A DNA stretch of 64,000 bases from Methanobrevibacter sp. (GCA_017460025.1 JAFUBV010000001.1:39444-103443), one strand, 5' to 3'; numbered from the stretch's first letter, positions 50,305 to 60,164 are shown. Notes: generated from the letters alone by a model not told the origin. A program made the numbers and translations.

Positions 50305-50581
50305 TTGTATTTAATGAAGAATATTCTGCAGCAGGATCAATGGTTTGATTATTTTCAGCTTCATAGTTTATTACAGCTAATTTTTCTGCTCTTTCAACAC
50401 GTGTGTTTTCTGTTGATTGAACAACTACATAACCTGCGATTAAAACTATTATTGGTGAAAGATAAGCTAATTCTTTAGGTAATATTTCTACTAAAGCATC
50501 TTTTCCAATATATGTTATTAGTCCTGCTAGGAACACTATTGCGTTGGCTGCTTTGGATTTGATTTTATATGATTGTACCAT
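50273..50581 (-). CDS. Holin-like two-TM protein
   Basis: Two hydrophobic helices and a polar C-terminal tail. Confidence 0.55.
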   Translation of the reverse strand: MVQSYKIKSKAANAIVFLAGLITYIGKDALVEILPKELAYLSPIIVLIAGYVVVQSTENTRVERAEKLAVINYEAENNQTIDPAAEYSSLNTNDAVGEDDVN

Positions 50582-50628
50582 TTAATTAGTCTCCAAATTA
50601 TTTTTTTTATACTTTTAAAAAGAATTAT

Positions 50629-50873
50629 TGGTGATGTCCGGATTTGCACCGGAGAATAATATTTTCAAAAAAAAATATATTATAAAAAAAAATTTTTTAT
50701 TATTCCTTTTTTTATTACCCTTTATGAAAAGAATTACACACCATTTTTTTTGTTTTTAAATTATTTTTTTGAAAATTAACAAATGTCTGAAAAATATTAA
50801 AATTTAAACAAGAACCAAGAAAATAAAATAAAAATATATTTTTTTTATGTTTTTTAATTTTTTTTACATCACC
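50629..50873 (-). ncRNA. tRNA-like element with ~210-nt AT-rich insert
   Basis: Minus strand: GGTGATG-TA...-TCCGG TGCAAAT CCGGA-CATCACC-A. Confidence 0.55.
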
Positions 50874-50875
50874 AT

Positions 50876-51100
50876 TCAGATTAGGATGTGATAGGGATAT
50901 TTTGCTTTTCGTAATCCTGTGTATTCTAATGATGCTCTTGTCACTAATCCACATACCGTACAGTAGTCTAGGCAGTGTTCTTCATCATATGTTACAGTAT
51001 TGGTTTTGCATTCTGGACATTTGTTGAAGTTGATTTTTGCTTTTTTTATTTTCGCCCTTTTCCTGGGCTTGTAGGTTAATGGTTTTTTATCGTGACACAT
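50876..51100 (-). CDS. Stand-alone TFIIB/TFB-type zinc-ribbon protein
   Basis: CPEC....VTYD......YCTVCGLV. Confidence 0.75.
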   Translation of the reverse strand: MCHDKKPLTYKPRKRAKIKKAKINFNKCPECKTNTVTYDEEHCLDYCTVCGLVTRASLEYTGLRKAKYPYHILI

Positions 51101-51196
51101 TGATATTCCAGGATTAATTTTTTTTAATATTTCCCTTCATTATACTATAGGACATAGTCACAACATTTTATAATTTTTTCATTTATGATGATTTTA

Positions 51197-51228
51197 AAAC
51201 CGAAAAGTATTTAATAGAAACTTTTTAC
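51197..51228 (+). promoter_or_regulatory. Conserved viral promoter motif, copy 3 (AAACCGAAAAGTATTTAATAGAAACTTTTTAC)
   Basis: 27/32 identical to 7030-7061; no + strand ORF downstream. Confidence 0.65.
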
Positions 51229-51665
51229 TATATATTTTTGTGAAGAGATTTTATTTGTTAGAGTGAATTTTTTCATTTCATTTAAATAAAATTTTTTCCA
51301 TTGGTATATACTCAATTGTTAAACACTTTTAGTCAATTGTTTAGACATTGTAAATTTATATTCAATAGGAATGGTAAATGGGAGAAAAAAAAGATAAGGA
51401 TTATTTAAATTTTTTTTTTTAAATGTTTATCCTTTTTTTTAAAGATTCAATTTCGTAACCTTAAAAACATTTGTCTTAAAAAAAAAGAATTTATACATAC
51501 TCTATAATTATCTAAAACATACAAATTTTCTTCTAACGAAAAAAAATGGTGATCCTTTCATTTTTTTTCTCTCTTTTTAATCATTCGTATAATATAAAAA
51601 AAATAGCTGGATTTTATTTTACCATTTTTTTAATAATGAAAAAGAAGAATTAATGGGATTTTATA

Positions 51666-52370
51666 TTATTTTTTTGTTTTTTTTTTGAGTAATTTACGTG
51701 CTGCTTTTAAATCAGTGTAATATATATGTCCTGATGTTGAATGATAATGTATTCCGCCAAAACTAATTTTAGTATTTATCAAGTCTTTATTTAATTCTTC
51801 AGTCATTTTTAATCCAATATATGTTATGAAATACATATTGGAGTAGAATGCTCCGTAGATATCATTGCTTCTGAAGATACAATGTATTGTTAGTTCATTG
51901 TTTCTGATTATTACTTGTATGAATTGTAGGCAGGGTATGTCTTCTCTATCAGCATCTAGTGGTGGGTCATATGTTACTGCTACTGCACGGTTGCTTCCAG
52001 GATTATGTTGTAATCTTTTTTTCATTACGTTGAATTGGTTTATATTGAAATGTGCTAATATCCTATTTGGATAGGAGTAGACGAATCCTTGGTCGGATTC
52101 ATCTTCAAATGATTTTACATATTCATATAATGCATCACTTTTAATAGGGCTTCCTGGCAGATCATATTCTCCATTTTTGATATCTGTTAGCATTCGGGTT
52201 GTTGTGTAGTGTTGGTAATTTATCCTGTATTTTAGGTTTAATGGGTCCTCTATTAGATAGTAGTTACCTAATTTTTCTATTAGGTGATGGTTGCTGTCTT
52301 TATATGTTTCTTTCCCGTTTTTAATTATTTCTTTTATGAATTGTATGTAGCATTGGTTAATCGTCATCAT
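51666..52370 (-). CDS. thyA: Thymidylate synthase (ThyA family, archaeal type)
   Basis: YSYPNR, SNRAVA, PCLQ, FRSND.YGA..SN, SGHIY. Confidence 0.88.
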   Translation of the reverse strand: MMTINQCYIQFIKEIIKNGKETYKDSNHHLIEKLGNYYLIEDPLNLKYRINYQHYTTTRMLTDIKNGEYDLPGSPIKSDALYEYVKSFEDESDQGFVYSYPNRILAHFNINQFNVMKKRLQHNPGSNRAVAVTYDPPLDADREDIPCLQFIQVIIRNNELTIHCIFRSNDIYGAFYSNMYFITYIGLKMTEELNKDLINTKISFGGIHYHSTSGHIYYTDLKAARKLLKKKTKK

Positions 52371-52656
52371 TGTTTATCACCATCACTTCTTTTGTGGTTA
52401 TTTCATGTATGATTATTTCAAGTACTTTATGTAATTCTTCGTTTCTGGCTTTTAGATTAGTATTATAATTCATTATTCTTGTTAACTCATCATTACGTTT
52501 TTTATCTTTTTTGTCTAATTCTTTATTTAGTTCTTTTAAATTGGTTATTGTTTTTTCTAATGTTTCGATTTTTTTGTTTTTAGCTATGATTAATTTTTCT
52601 AGTTTTTCTTCTTTTGTAAATGTTGGTGCTGGTTCTACTTCTGCTATTTTTGTCAT
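52357..52656 (-). CDS. Coiled-coil hypothetical protein
   Basis: ORF; TAATG overlap. Confidence 0.6.
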   Translation of the reverse strand: MTKIAEVEPAPTFTKEEKLEKLIIAKNKKIETLEKTITNLKELNKELDKKDKKRNDELTRIMNYNTNLKARNEELHKVLEIIIHEITTKEVMVINNDDD

Positions 52657-52998
52657 TATGAAGTCCTCCTTGTTTCGCTGGTTAATGTTATTGTTCCGTC
52701 AGGTTCTATTATTATACTTCTCAATAATTTTCCACTGGACATATTTTGTGTAGATATGTATATGTCTGTGTCTTCAGGATATTTGGATAATGTTTTAATT
52801 AATTCTCCTAAAGCTATAGGTGTAGTTGGGTTTCCTTTAACCATTTTTAGAGTCACCTTTCCATTCTATATTTAAATCCTATCTTATCACTAGTTGTATC
52901 TGCTTGACGGTTAATTTTATCATGCCTTTTACATGAACTGTTTAATGGGTTTGCATTAAAATATTGGTGATATGTTGCATCACAGAATAATCTTTTTT

Positions 52999-53313
52999 TC
53001 ATAATTCCACTCCTTTTTCATATTCACTGTATAATTCATTTAGTTCATCTAATAAACTTATTATTTTAGAATCATCTTTATATTTCTTATATAATGTTTC
53101 TATTGCTTGTTCATAGCAGTTACTGTATGCTAGGTTGGTGAATGCTCTTTTTCTCCATTTGTCACGTGATTCTAGTAAATAGTTGTTGGATGTGATGTTG
53201 TGTATTTTGCCGGCGAATTTTTCATTTGCTTGTTGATCCATATCTTGGATGAATCGTGTTAATGTTTTTTCACTTGCATTATGGTAGTTTAGTTCGATTA
53301 GTAAGGTTTTCAT
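52999..53313 (-). CDS. Hypothetical protein
   Basis: GGAG RBS. Confidence 0.6.
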   Translation of the reverse strand: MKTLLIELNYHNASEKTLTRFIQDMDQQANEKFAGKIHNITSNNYLLESRDKWRKRAFTNLAYSNCYEQAIETLYKKYKDDSKIISLLDELNELYSEYEKGVEL

Positions 53314-53315
53314 TT

Positions 53316-53861
53316 TTATTCTCCATATTTTATGTCGTATCTGTCAAGTATTCTTTTTAACTCTTTATTTTCTTGTTTTAATTCTTTGTTTTCTTTTTTT
53401 AATTCTCGTAATCTATCTGACACATCATATTCTTTTACTTCGGAATAAAATAATTCTTTAAGTGCTTTTTTTATTTCACCATCAGTATTATCAATAAATT
53501 CTTTTATTGTAAGAATACGATTATTAATTTCTTTTTCTCTTATTTCAGATAATTGTTTATACCGTTCTGAACTTTTTTTTAACTGCTCATTTTCTTTTTC
53601 TAATTCTTTAATTCTTTCACTTGCTTTATCAGACCAATATTTGCACCCATCATATAAATCAACAATGGCTTGATTTTGGTCATTAAGAAATACTACTAAT
53701 TGTGCTACAAATTGTTGAGCATTCAAATCATTATGTTTCAATACAATCACATCACCACTACGATTCTCTTTCACACCGATTTCATCATCATAATCCAATA
53801 TTATTGTAAATCTGTCTTCTACTTTTTTTCTACCAACAAACAATCGTTTATTTTCAGTCAT
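53316..53861 (-). CDS. Coiled-coil protein, LNxQ-motif family
   Basis: GGTGA RBS, ATGA overlap, FLNDQ motif. Confidence 0.65.
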   Translation of the reverse strand: MTENKRLFVGRKKVEDRFTIILDYDDEIGVKENRSGDVIVLKHNDLNAQQFVAQLVVFLNDQNQAIVDLYDGCKYWSDKASERIKELEKENEQLKKSSERYKQLSEIREKEINNRILTIKEFIDNTDGEIKKALKELFYSEVKEYDVSDRLRELKKENKELKQENKELKRILDRYDIKYGE

Positions 53862-54010
53862 TCCACATCACCCTTTAACTGTTTAATTTTTTTATCTTGA
53901 AAATTGAGTAATATTGCTATTTGTTCAAATGTAACTGGCATTACTACTTCCTTATCATCATCAAATAACATAATTGCTTCTTTTGTAACTTCAAATGAAT
54001 ATCTACTCAT
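53858..54010 (-). CDS. 50-aa protein, LNxQ-motif family (below ORF-track cutoff)
   Basis: MSRYSFEV...LLNFQDKKIKQLKGDVE; ATGA overlaps at both ends. Confidence 0.6.
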   Translation of the reverse strand: MSRYSFEVTKEAIMLFDDDKEVVMPVTFEQIAILLNFQDKKIKQLKGDVE

Positions 54011-54159
54011 TCAGAATCACCTTTTTCTTCAAAAACACTATTAACAAAAGCATTATATTCCTCAGGCAACCTACCTGCAATCAATTCACCTTTTCGTTGA
54101 GCGATGAATAAATCAGGAGCATCTACTTCAATATGAATCGTAATATGATATTTACTCAT
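54007..54159 (-). CDS. 50-aa hypothetical protein (below ORF-track cutoff)
   Basis: MSKYHITIHIEVDA...KGDSE; ATGA overlaps at both ends. Confidence 0.6.
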   Translation of the reverse strand: MSKYHITIHIEVDAPDLFIAQRKGELIAGRLPEEYNAFVNSVFEEKGDSE

Positions 54160-54485
54160 TCTGAATCACCATATTCTCTTTTTAACTCTTCCATTCTCAT
54201 CAAATCACATTTATTGATTGCTTTTATGCAATCGTGAATGAATGATAAGTCTTTATTGTCCAATTCATTTAATAATCTACAATAATCTACTTTTGATTCT
54301 GCACCTGCGAAATCAACACTTAATAATTTGTATGTTAATTCTTGTATGGTCATTAATGTGTCATCACAAGCAGTACAACACTTGTTTAATTCATTAATTG
54401 TTTCATTTTGTTCATTTAACAGATTAGTTATTTGTAGTACAGTCATTTCCCGTACATTATCCGTCCTATATAGTTTTTTAGTCAT
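54156..54485 (-). CDS. Hypothetical protein, LNxQ-motif family
   Basis: LLNEQNETINEL; ends GDSE. Confidence 0.65.
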   Translation of the reverse strand: MTKKLYRTDNVREMTVLQITNLLNEQNETINELNKCCTACDDTLMTIQELTYKLLSVDFAGAESKVDYCRLLNELDNKDLSFIHDCIKAINKCDLMRMEELKREYGDSE

Positions 54486-54772
54486 TCAGAATCCTCCCCA
54501 CATTTTCCAAAATATTTGATAAACATTTTTTCTATTTTTTCAAAATCATCTTCAGAAATATGTGTATTTAACATTAAGGGTCTTGTTCTAAGTTGTTCTT
54601 CATATAATTTATTGGATAAGTCGTTTAATTCATCAACTATCCTTTCGCCAATACTTTTATGGTCTAAACTTAATGCTCCAAGTTTCCTGTCTCTTGTTTT
54701 CTCACGGATTACTAAACAATCGCCTTCTTGACACTTATAAAGCCTTATTTCGTATTCTTGTTTTTCAGTCAT
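54482..54772 (-). CDS. Hypothetical protein
   Basis: ATGA overlaps; ends GEDSE. Confidence 0.65.
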   Translation of the reverse strand: MTEKQEYEIRLYKCQEGDCLVIREKTRDRKLGALSLDHKSIGERIVDELNDLSNKLYEEQLRTRPLMLNTHISEDDFEKIEKMFIKYFGKCGEDSE

Positions 54773-55296
54773 TTTCTTTTCACCTCTTCAAAACATTCAC
54801 AAGCTTCACCTAAAGGATTAATATTCATATACCTTAAATCAGCCATACCTCTGCCATGACAACCTCCAGGATACTTTTTATTATTCACAGTCCAAGAATA
54901 CCATTCACAATTACCATGAATCCTTAATAAACCATCAGATTTTTTATTAAAATCAAGATTATCGTCTTTAAGATATTTATCATTTAACTCTTCCTCATCA
55001 ACAAGAATAACTTCATGCAACATACCATCATGCTCAAAAAAATCAACTAAACCAACATTTTTAACCTTTAATAATTTAGCTATTAATGTATGGCTTGTTT
55101 TCTCATGATTCCATTCATCTTTTTTTAAATTGAAATCTAAAGCATAATATTCTTTTTCACCAATATTTACTCTTGAAACTTCATCTACACAGAATCCATT
55201 TTTTATTAAATGTTCTCGTAATTGTCCCGTTAATCTATAATTAATATTATATTCAGGGTCGGTTGGATAGATGATTGCAGTATTATCAAATAACAT
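54769..55296 (-). CDS. Hypothetical protein with Cys-containing C-terminus
   Basis: ORF with RBS. Confidence 0.6.
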   Translation of the reverse strand: MLFDNTAIIYPTDPEYNINYRLTGQLREHLIKNGFCVDEVSRVNIGEKEYYALDFNLKKDEWNHEKTSHTLIAKLLKVKNVGLVDFFEHDGMLHEVILVDEEELNDKYLKDDNLDFNKKSDGLLRIHGNCEWYSWTVNNKKYPGGCHGRGMADLRYMNINPLGEACECFEEVKRK

Positions 55297-55299
55297 TTT

Positions 55300-55662
55300 C
55301 TAATCCTCCACATATGCAGTAAATGGTATGTAAATCATGAAATATTCCACACCATCCTCAAAATGATTAAAATGAAGTTTTATTTTCTCATCCCCATTTA
55401 TCATAGCTGCATCAACAACACTATGAACAATACTTAAAACATCAACTACTTGGTTTTTTGGTGGACGATATGGTAATTCAACTGACTCAACCATTTTAAA
55501 TTTCAAATAAACCCCATGTATATCATAATAGCTACCATAGATTGTATAATATGGTCCTATTTTACGATTTATTTTTCTGGTTAACCATTTCACTTTTTTA
55601 TCTAGTTCCTCGGATAGTTCATTGCATTTTTTCCCGATGAATCTTGCGGATTTACGAGTCAT
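55300..55662 (-). CDS. Hypothetical protein
   Basis: GGAGGTG RBS. Confidence 0.6.
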   Translation of the reverse strand: MTRKSARFIGKKCNELSEELDKKVKWLTRKINRKIGPYYTIYGSYYDIHGVYLKFKMVESVELPYRPPKNQVVDVLSIVHSVVDAAMINGDEKIKLHFNHFEDGVEYFMIYIPFTAYVED

Positions 55663-55961
55663 TTTACTTTCCCACCTCCTTCCTCAGGACAACTTTTTTT
55701 AGGGAAATTATTAAAACCTACTTTTTCTAAGTATTCTAATGCTTTCTTGTCTGCACATTCCCAACTTTCACAGTAATGTTCATGTTTTAAGAAATATGAT
55801 AATATACTCATTGGTCTTAAAACAATATCCTGGCAATGTGGTGCGTAACCTCTAGTGATTTTTTCTTGTTTCAATAAACAAGTACCTTCAGGTTTTGATG
55901 GATCATCATACTTGAAGTAAACACAATGTAAATGTCTATCAGTCATATTAATATTCCTCAA
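55659..55961 (-). CDS. Cys/His-rich hypothetical protein
   Basis: ORF. Confidence 0.55.
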   Translation of the reverse strand: MRNINMTDRHLHCVYFKYDDPSKPEGTCLLKQEKITRGYAPHCQDIVLRPMSILSYFLKHEHYCESWECADKKALEYLEKVGFNNFPKKSCPEEGGGKVK

Positions 55962-56376
55962 AATCTTTACAATTTTTAACTGGTTCTTTATGTCCTTCCA
56001 GGCATCCGAAGGATAATCCTTTTTCCCAATCTATTTTGTCATTATTGTGGATGCAGAATTTACAATCGGATTCCAAATATGTGACAGGTACATGGTATGC
56101 TTTGGCTATTGCATGTTCTAATCTGCAGCCCCTGGCATGTTGCCACCCATAACCCATTGCAAGAACATCCGCCATACTCATGAATAATATTGATTCAGCG
56201 AAGCATTCTAGGTCAGATTTATTCTCATGATCTTCAATTACTGTAGCCATTATCTCACAATTATCATTGAATTTATCAAATAATTGGTTGGCCATTTCAT
56301 TTCTTTCTTTATCAATTTCTTCTTTTGTTTTACCATTCATTGGTGAGCTTAACATTATTTTTAATTTCTCAGCCAT
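55948..56376 (-). CDS. DUF4406 / nucleoside 2-deoxyribosyltransferase-like protein
   Basis: MLSSPMNG...ADVL...GWQHARGCRLEH.IA. Confidence 0.75.
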   Translation of the reverse strand: MAEKLKIMLSSPMNGKTKEEIDKERNEMANQLFDKFNDNCEIMATVIEDHENKSDLECFAESILFMSMADVLAMGYGWQHARGCRLEHAIAKAYHVPVTYLESDCKFCIHNNDKIDWEKGLSFGCLEGHKEPVKNCKDFEEY

Positions 56377-56586
56377 CCATATCACCACTAATTTTATCAA
56401 CTACTTCTTTTAATCTTGTAAAATTGCTTTTCAACCTTTTCTTTTCATATTCCATTATTCTTTTCATTTCATCTTCATCAGGAGGATAATATTTCATTCA
56501 AATGTTAATCTCTTCTTTTCTACAGAAAAAATGAAATAATCCTGTGCACATATTCATACAAGCACGATATAATTCCCAATCCATTT

Positions 56587-58159
56587 TTATTCCTCCCAAT
56601 GATTTAAAACTTCATTTAAATTTAAAATCATCTTACCCTCGATAATTTTAGGATTATACCCTGCTAATCTACGAAGTAACACTTGTACTTGTTCTTCTGA
56701 AGCATTACTAATATCTAATTCTGCGAATTCACCAACCCACCAATCAATATCATCATCTTTTAATGTGAATTGTGCTGTTTTTGATAGGAATGTTAATTCA
56801 TCGCAGAATAATATAACACTACAAGCCATTATTTTATTCCCCCTATTTTGTTTTTATAATCTACTTTCTCCAAGATAATATCCAAAGTAATAAACATCAC
56901 ATCAAAATCAATATTACCTGAATTCAATGCAGAATCACATAACCTATAAATTTCTGCTTGTAAGTTATTGTCTTTGATTATTGCATTGATTAAATCCCCA
57001 ATTTCTTCTTCATATTCAGTTAATTTATTGTCTTGTTGGTTTAATATATCGCAGACTTCATCAACACTTAGATAGTTATTGTCTTCATCCGCAATTTGAC
57101 CTAGTTCCTCTGTTTCCCATTCCACATGATATTTATCAGTCATTTTTATCATTCTCGGAATCTTTTTTTAGTAATTCTTTGAAATCTAATCTCCAACTGT
57201 TTTTAAACTCAGGATTATCTGCAACATATAAACCATCAATACTGGTTAATTCATGTTCATATGATTTATTACGTTTCTCAAGAGTGTGAGAATAATAGGC
57301 TAATTTAATAATGATTTTGCCCGTAATCTCATTACTTTCTAATAAAGATTTAATCATTTTACTGTTTAGTTTATCGGATATTATGAATCCTAAGCTTATT
57401 CCACATATGAATATTAACATGAAACTTATTCCTTGCATTATTGGTTCAATCATAATTTTACACCTCTCCTTTAAAAAAATAATAAATAATGGAATTTTTT
57501 TTATAAGTAAACTCCATTAATTATAACAAATAACTTACCAGGACCACTAAACACACCATCATCATAATTTTTGAATTGTACTTTAATCTGATCCAAAGGC
57601 ACATCTAAAACATTACCCAGTAACCATTTTGATGGTACAAAATTATGTTCTTCTGCTTTGAAATGTGCTCTAAGATTATTATTTTTTTTAGTTACGTGTA
57701 CTGTGATATTTGGAAAAATATCTAATAATTTCATTGCTAATTCGCCTTCATTCATAAATATTCTACCTCCATTTCATTAATATTTCATCTACTAATTCGC
57801 TGAATTTTTTATCTGGATTTTCTTCTATTTTTGTTAACATTTTAACTACTTCATCTCTTGTGAATGCTCGCATTGTTAATTTTAATATTGTTAACATGTT
57901 TTGTATGCGTAGTTCCTGCTTAACTTCTTGTAGTTCTTTTTTAATTTGATTTAAGTTATAGGATTCTTTCATTATTTTATTCCTCCATGCAGTCTTCTAA
58001 GTAGGTATGGTCTACTAATATTATTTTTTCATTGTTTAGTGGGCTTTTTAGTATGTCCACTAGTTTGGATTCATATTGTTTTATGCCGATTTTTACTTGG
58101 GCATTATCTGGGCATTGTTCCAGATATTTTTTTAGTTGTTTTACTGTTAGTGGTTTCAT
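56587..58159 (-). other. Run of small hypothetical ORFs (56587-56829, 56829-57152, 57136-57453 with N-terminal TM, 57501-57755, 57763-57972, 57977-58159)
   Basis: Tightly packed same-strand ORFs, mostly with RBS-like sequences. Confidence 0.6.
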
Positions 58160-58337
58160 TGCATCCTCCCTGTGCTGATTTGGATTATTGGATATCCATC
58201 AACAACTCCATCATCATTATTATTTTTTTGTTTAGGTCTTGGCAGATGTAAATCTGCTACGTTTATATAGAATGGATTCCTTGTTAAAGGACCATTTCTA
58301 TTATAATTTCTTCTAATTTTATAAGCCACCATAAAAG

Positions 58338-58493
58338 TTATTCTCCATTATATTTTTTTATATAATCAGTCATTGCTTCAGTTATGGCTTCTTTAAACCA
58401 TCCACGATTGAAGCTTTTGCTGCATGCTATTGTTCTGAATTCAACATATGTTTCTGTGGGTACTCCTACAGTAAACCTGATATCATCAGACAT
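58338..58493 (-). CDS. Ribbon-helix-helix-like small DNA-binding protein (51 aa)
   Basis: Read manually: MSDDIRFTVGVPTETYVEFRTIA...AITEAMTDYI; GGAGG RBS. Confidence 0.55.
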   Translation of the reverse strand: MSDDIRFTVGVPTETYVEFRTIACSKSFNRGWFKEAITEAMTDYIKKYNGE

Positions 58494-58494
58494 T

Positions 58495-58824
58495 TTATTT
58501 CCTCCCAAATTCTTTTAATATTCCATTAAAAACATCTTCATCATTTGGACCATATTTTTCACGATATTCGATATCATAAAAACTATTGAGTTCTTTTAAA
58601 CTCATTCCGCTTCTGTAAACATTTCTCATAATTTTTTCGATAGTGTTTATTATTTGAAGATCATTTTTATTTCTTAGATAATTTTTATAATATTCCGTTT
58701 GTTTTAATGAAGTAGGGATAGATGGATTTTCAGATTCAAATTTGTCAACACCAAATATTGCTGATTCTTTTAATTCAGCTAATTCTTTTTTCATTGTTTC
58801 ATAAAATTGTTCACTAGAAATCAT
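58495..58824 (-). CDS. Hypothetical protein
   Basis: ORF. Confidence 0.6.
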   Translation of the reverse strand: MISSEQFYETMKKELAELKESAIFGVDKFESENPSIPTSLKQTEYYKNYLRNKNDLQIINTIEKIMRNVYRSGMSLKELNSFYDIEYREKYGPNDEDVFNGILKEFGRK

Positions 58825-58832
58825 AAAATCGC

Positions 58833-59867
58833 CTATTTCATTATTTTATCACCAATTAATTCATCAAGAGTAGATTGAGTATTCTTTAAAGAATAAGAAT
58901 TATAATCTCGTATAAATTTAGCAAAAGTAAATGGGGTAACATCATTTTTACCATAAATACTATGATATTTTTTATGACAATCATTACAAAGAGTTACACA
59001 ATTACTATCTTCAATACGATAATCTAAATGGTCTTTATATCCATAGATATGATGGACTTCTAACCCATGATTAATCTTTTCAGTATTATGATACCCACAA
59101 CATTGGCAAGTAAAATTATCTCTTTCACGAACTCTCATTTTCATAGCCCTATATTCCGGATCATTTCTTGTTGGAGCAGTAACCTCTTTTTTCCATTCTT
59201 TAAGATTATCATATAATTCAAAACCAATTTTTCCTTTTTGTTTATATAAAGGTTCATCACTCCATTGTAGAATATGTAATCCATCATATGAAGACTCTCC
59301 ACCCACCATATCCTGTAATTCTATAATTCCTTCTTCTGAAAAGAAAAAATATATATAATAATTGCATTTTTGAATCCCATAATTTAATAAAAATAATTGG
59401 AAATAAGGATTCATATTTTTAATAAACACAATATCATATTTTTTAACTTCATCAAATATCTTAAAAATATCAAATTTACTATTAAAATACTCTTTTGCAT
59501 CTATAAATAATGGATTAACATCAATATCTTCAAGAAAATGCTGAGTGGTATACCATAATTCTTTACCTCTATGTTCATCACCTACAAAAGTATAAACTAC
59601 ATCCTTTTCCATTATTTCATTGTTTGATTCAGCATACATTAATCCATTAGTGTGTTTAAACCATTTTTCGTTATCAGGATTCCAATTATTCAATTTTCTA
59701 TTAATTGCACCATTTATTCCTCCAAAGTATATCCCATAACTTTCTTTTTTAGATGAAGATTGAAAGAAATTATATAACCACTTTTCAAAAGGTCCTGGAA
59801 AATATACATCTATGAAATTTAATTTTCGTAATTTTTTATGTTTTTCTGCACTAACCATTTTTTTCAC
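58833..59867 (-). CDS. Protein with C-terminal HNH nuclease domain
   Basis: RDNFTCQCCG...LEVHH...NCVTLC..CH..YH. Confidence 0.82.
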   Translation of the reverse strand: MKKMVSAEKHKKLRKLNFIDVYFPGPFEKWLYNFFQSSSKKESYGIYFGGINGAINRKLNNWNPDNEKWFKHTNGLMYAESNNEIMEKDVVYTFVGDEHRGKELWYTTQHFLEDIDVNPLFIDAKEYFNSKFDIFKIFDEVKKYDIVFIKNMNPYFQLFLLNYGIQKCNYYIYFFFSEEGIIELQDMVGGESSYDGLHILQWSDEPLYKQKGKIGFELYDNLKEWKKEVTAPTRNDPEYRAMKMRVRERDNFTCQCCGYHNTEKINHGLEVHHIYGYKDHLDYRIEDSNCVTLCNDCHKKYHSIYGKNDVTPFTFAKFIRDYNSYSLKNTQSTLDELIGDKIMK

Positions 59868-59882
59868 CAGCCCATTGAATGT

Positions 59883-60164
59883 TTACCATAAGTGATCCCA
59901 AGCTTTAGTCTTCACAACACCAACCTTCTCAGGATGAATATAACAATACTCACCAAAAGGATAACCCTGACTAGCACCATACTCAGTCAAAGCCTTATAC
60001 CAGCCATGAAAACGGTCTAAATTAACAGACTTACTAATATAACCAATCATAATTAACGCATTACGATAACTATGACCTTCATCCAAATGTGGTTTAATAC
60101 GTTCAAATAATTCTTTCGTTTCTTGTTTTCTTTCGCTTGTAGATTGCTCTACTATTGTTATCAT
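59883..60164 (-). CDS. Hypothetical protein (possible HTH)
   Basis: ORF. Confidence 0.55.
   Translation of the reverse strand: MITIVEQSTSERKQETKELFERIKPHLDEGHSYRNALIMIGYISKSVNLDRFHGWYKALTEYGASQGYPFGEYCYIHPEKVGVVKTKAWDHLW

Noticed and set aside
44614-50873. Complete tRNA genes or a tRNA-derived attachment site
   Set aside because: No D or anticodon arm can be built for any of the three elements, and they lie far from the recombinases; reported as tRNA-like elements instead
50715-50954. 79-aa minus-strand ORF (possible tmRNA-like tag frame)
   Set aside because: Low-complexity translation of A/T tracts that overlaps the Zn-ribbon gene; no supporting signals
51666-52370. dCMP hydroxymethylase / hypermodified-base pathway
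   Set aside because: RSND.YGAFYSN keeps the Asn typical of dUMP-specific enzymes, and no companion modification genes are visible in the window
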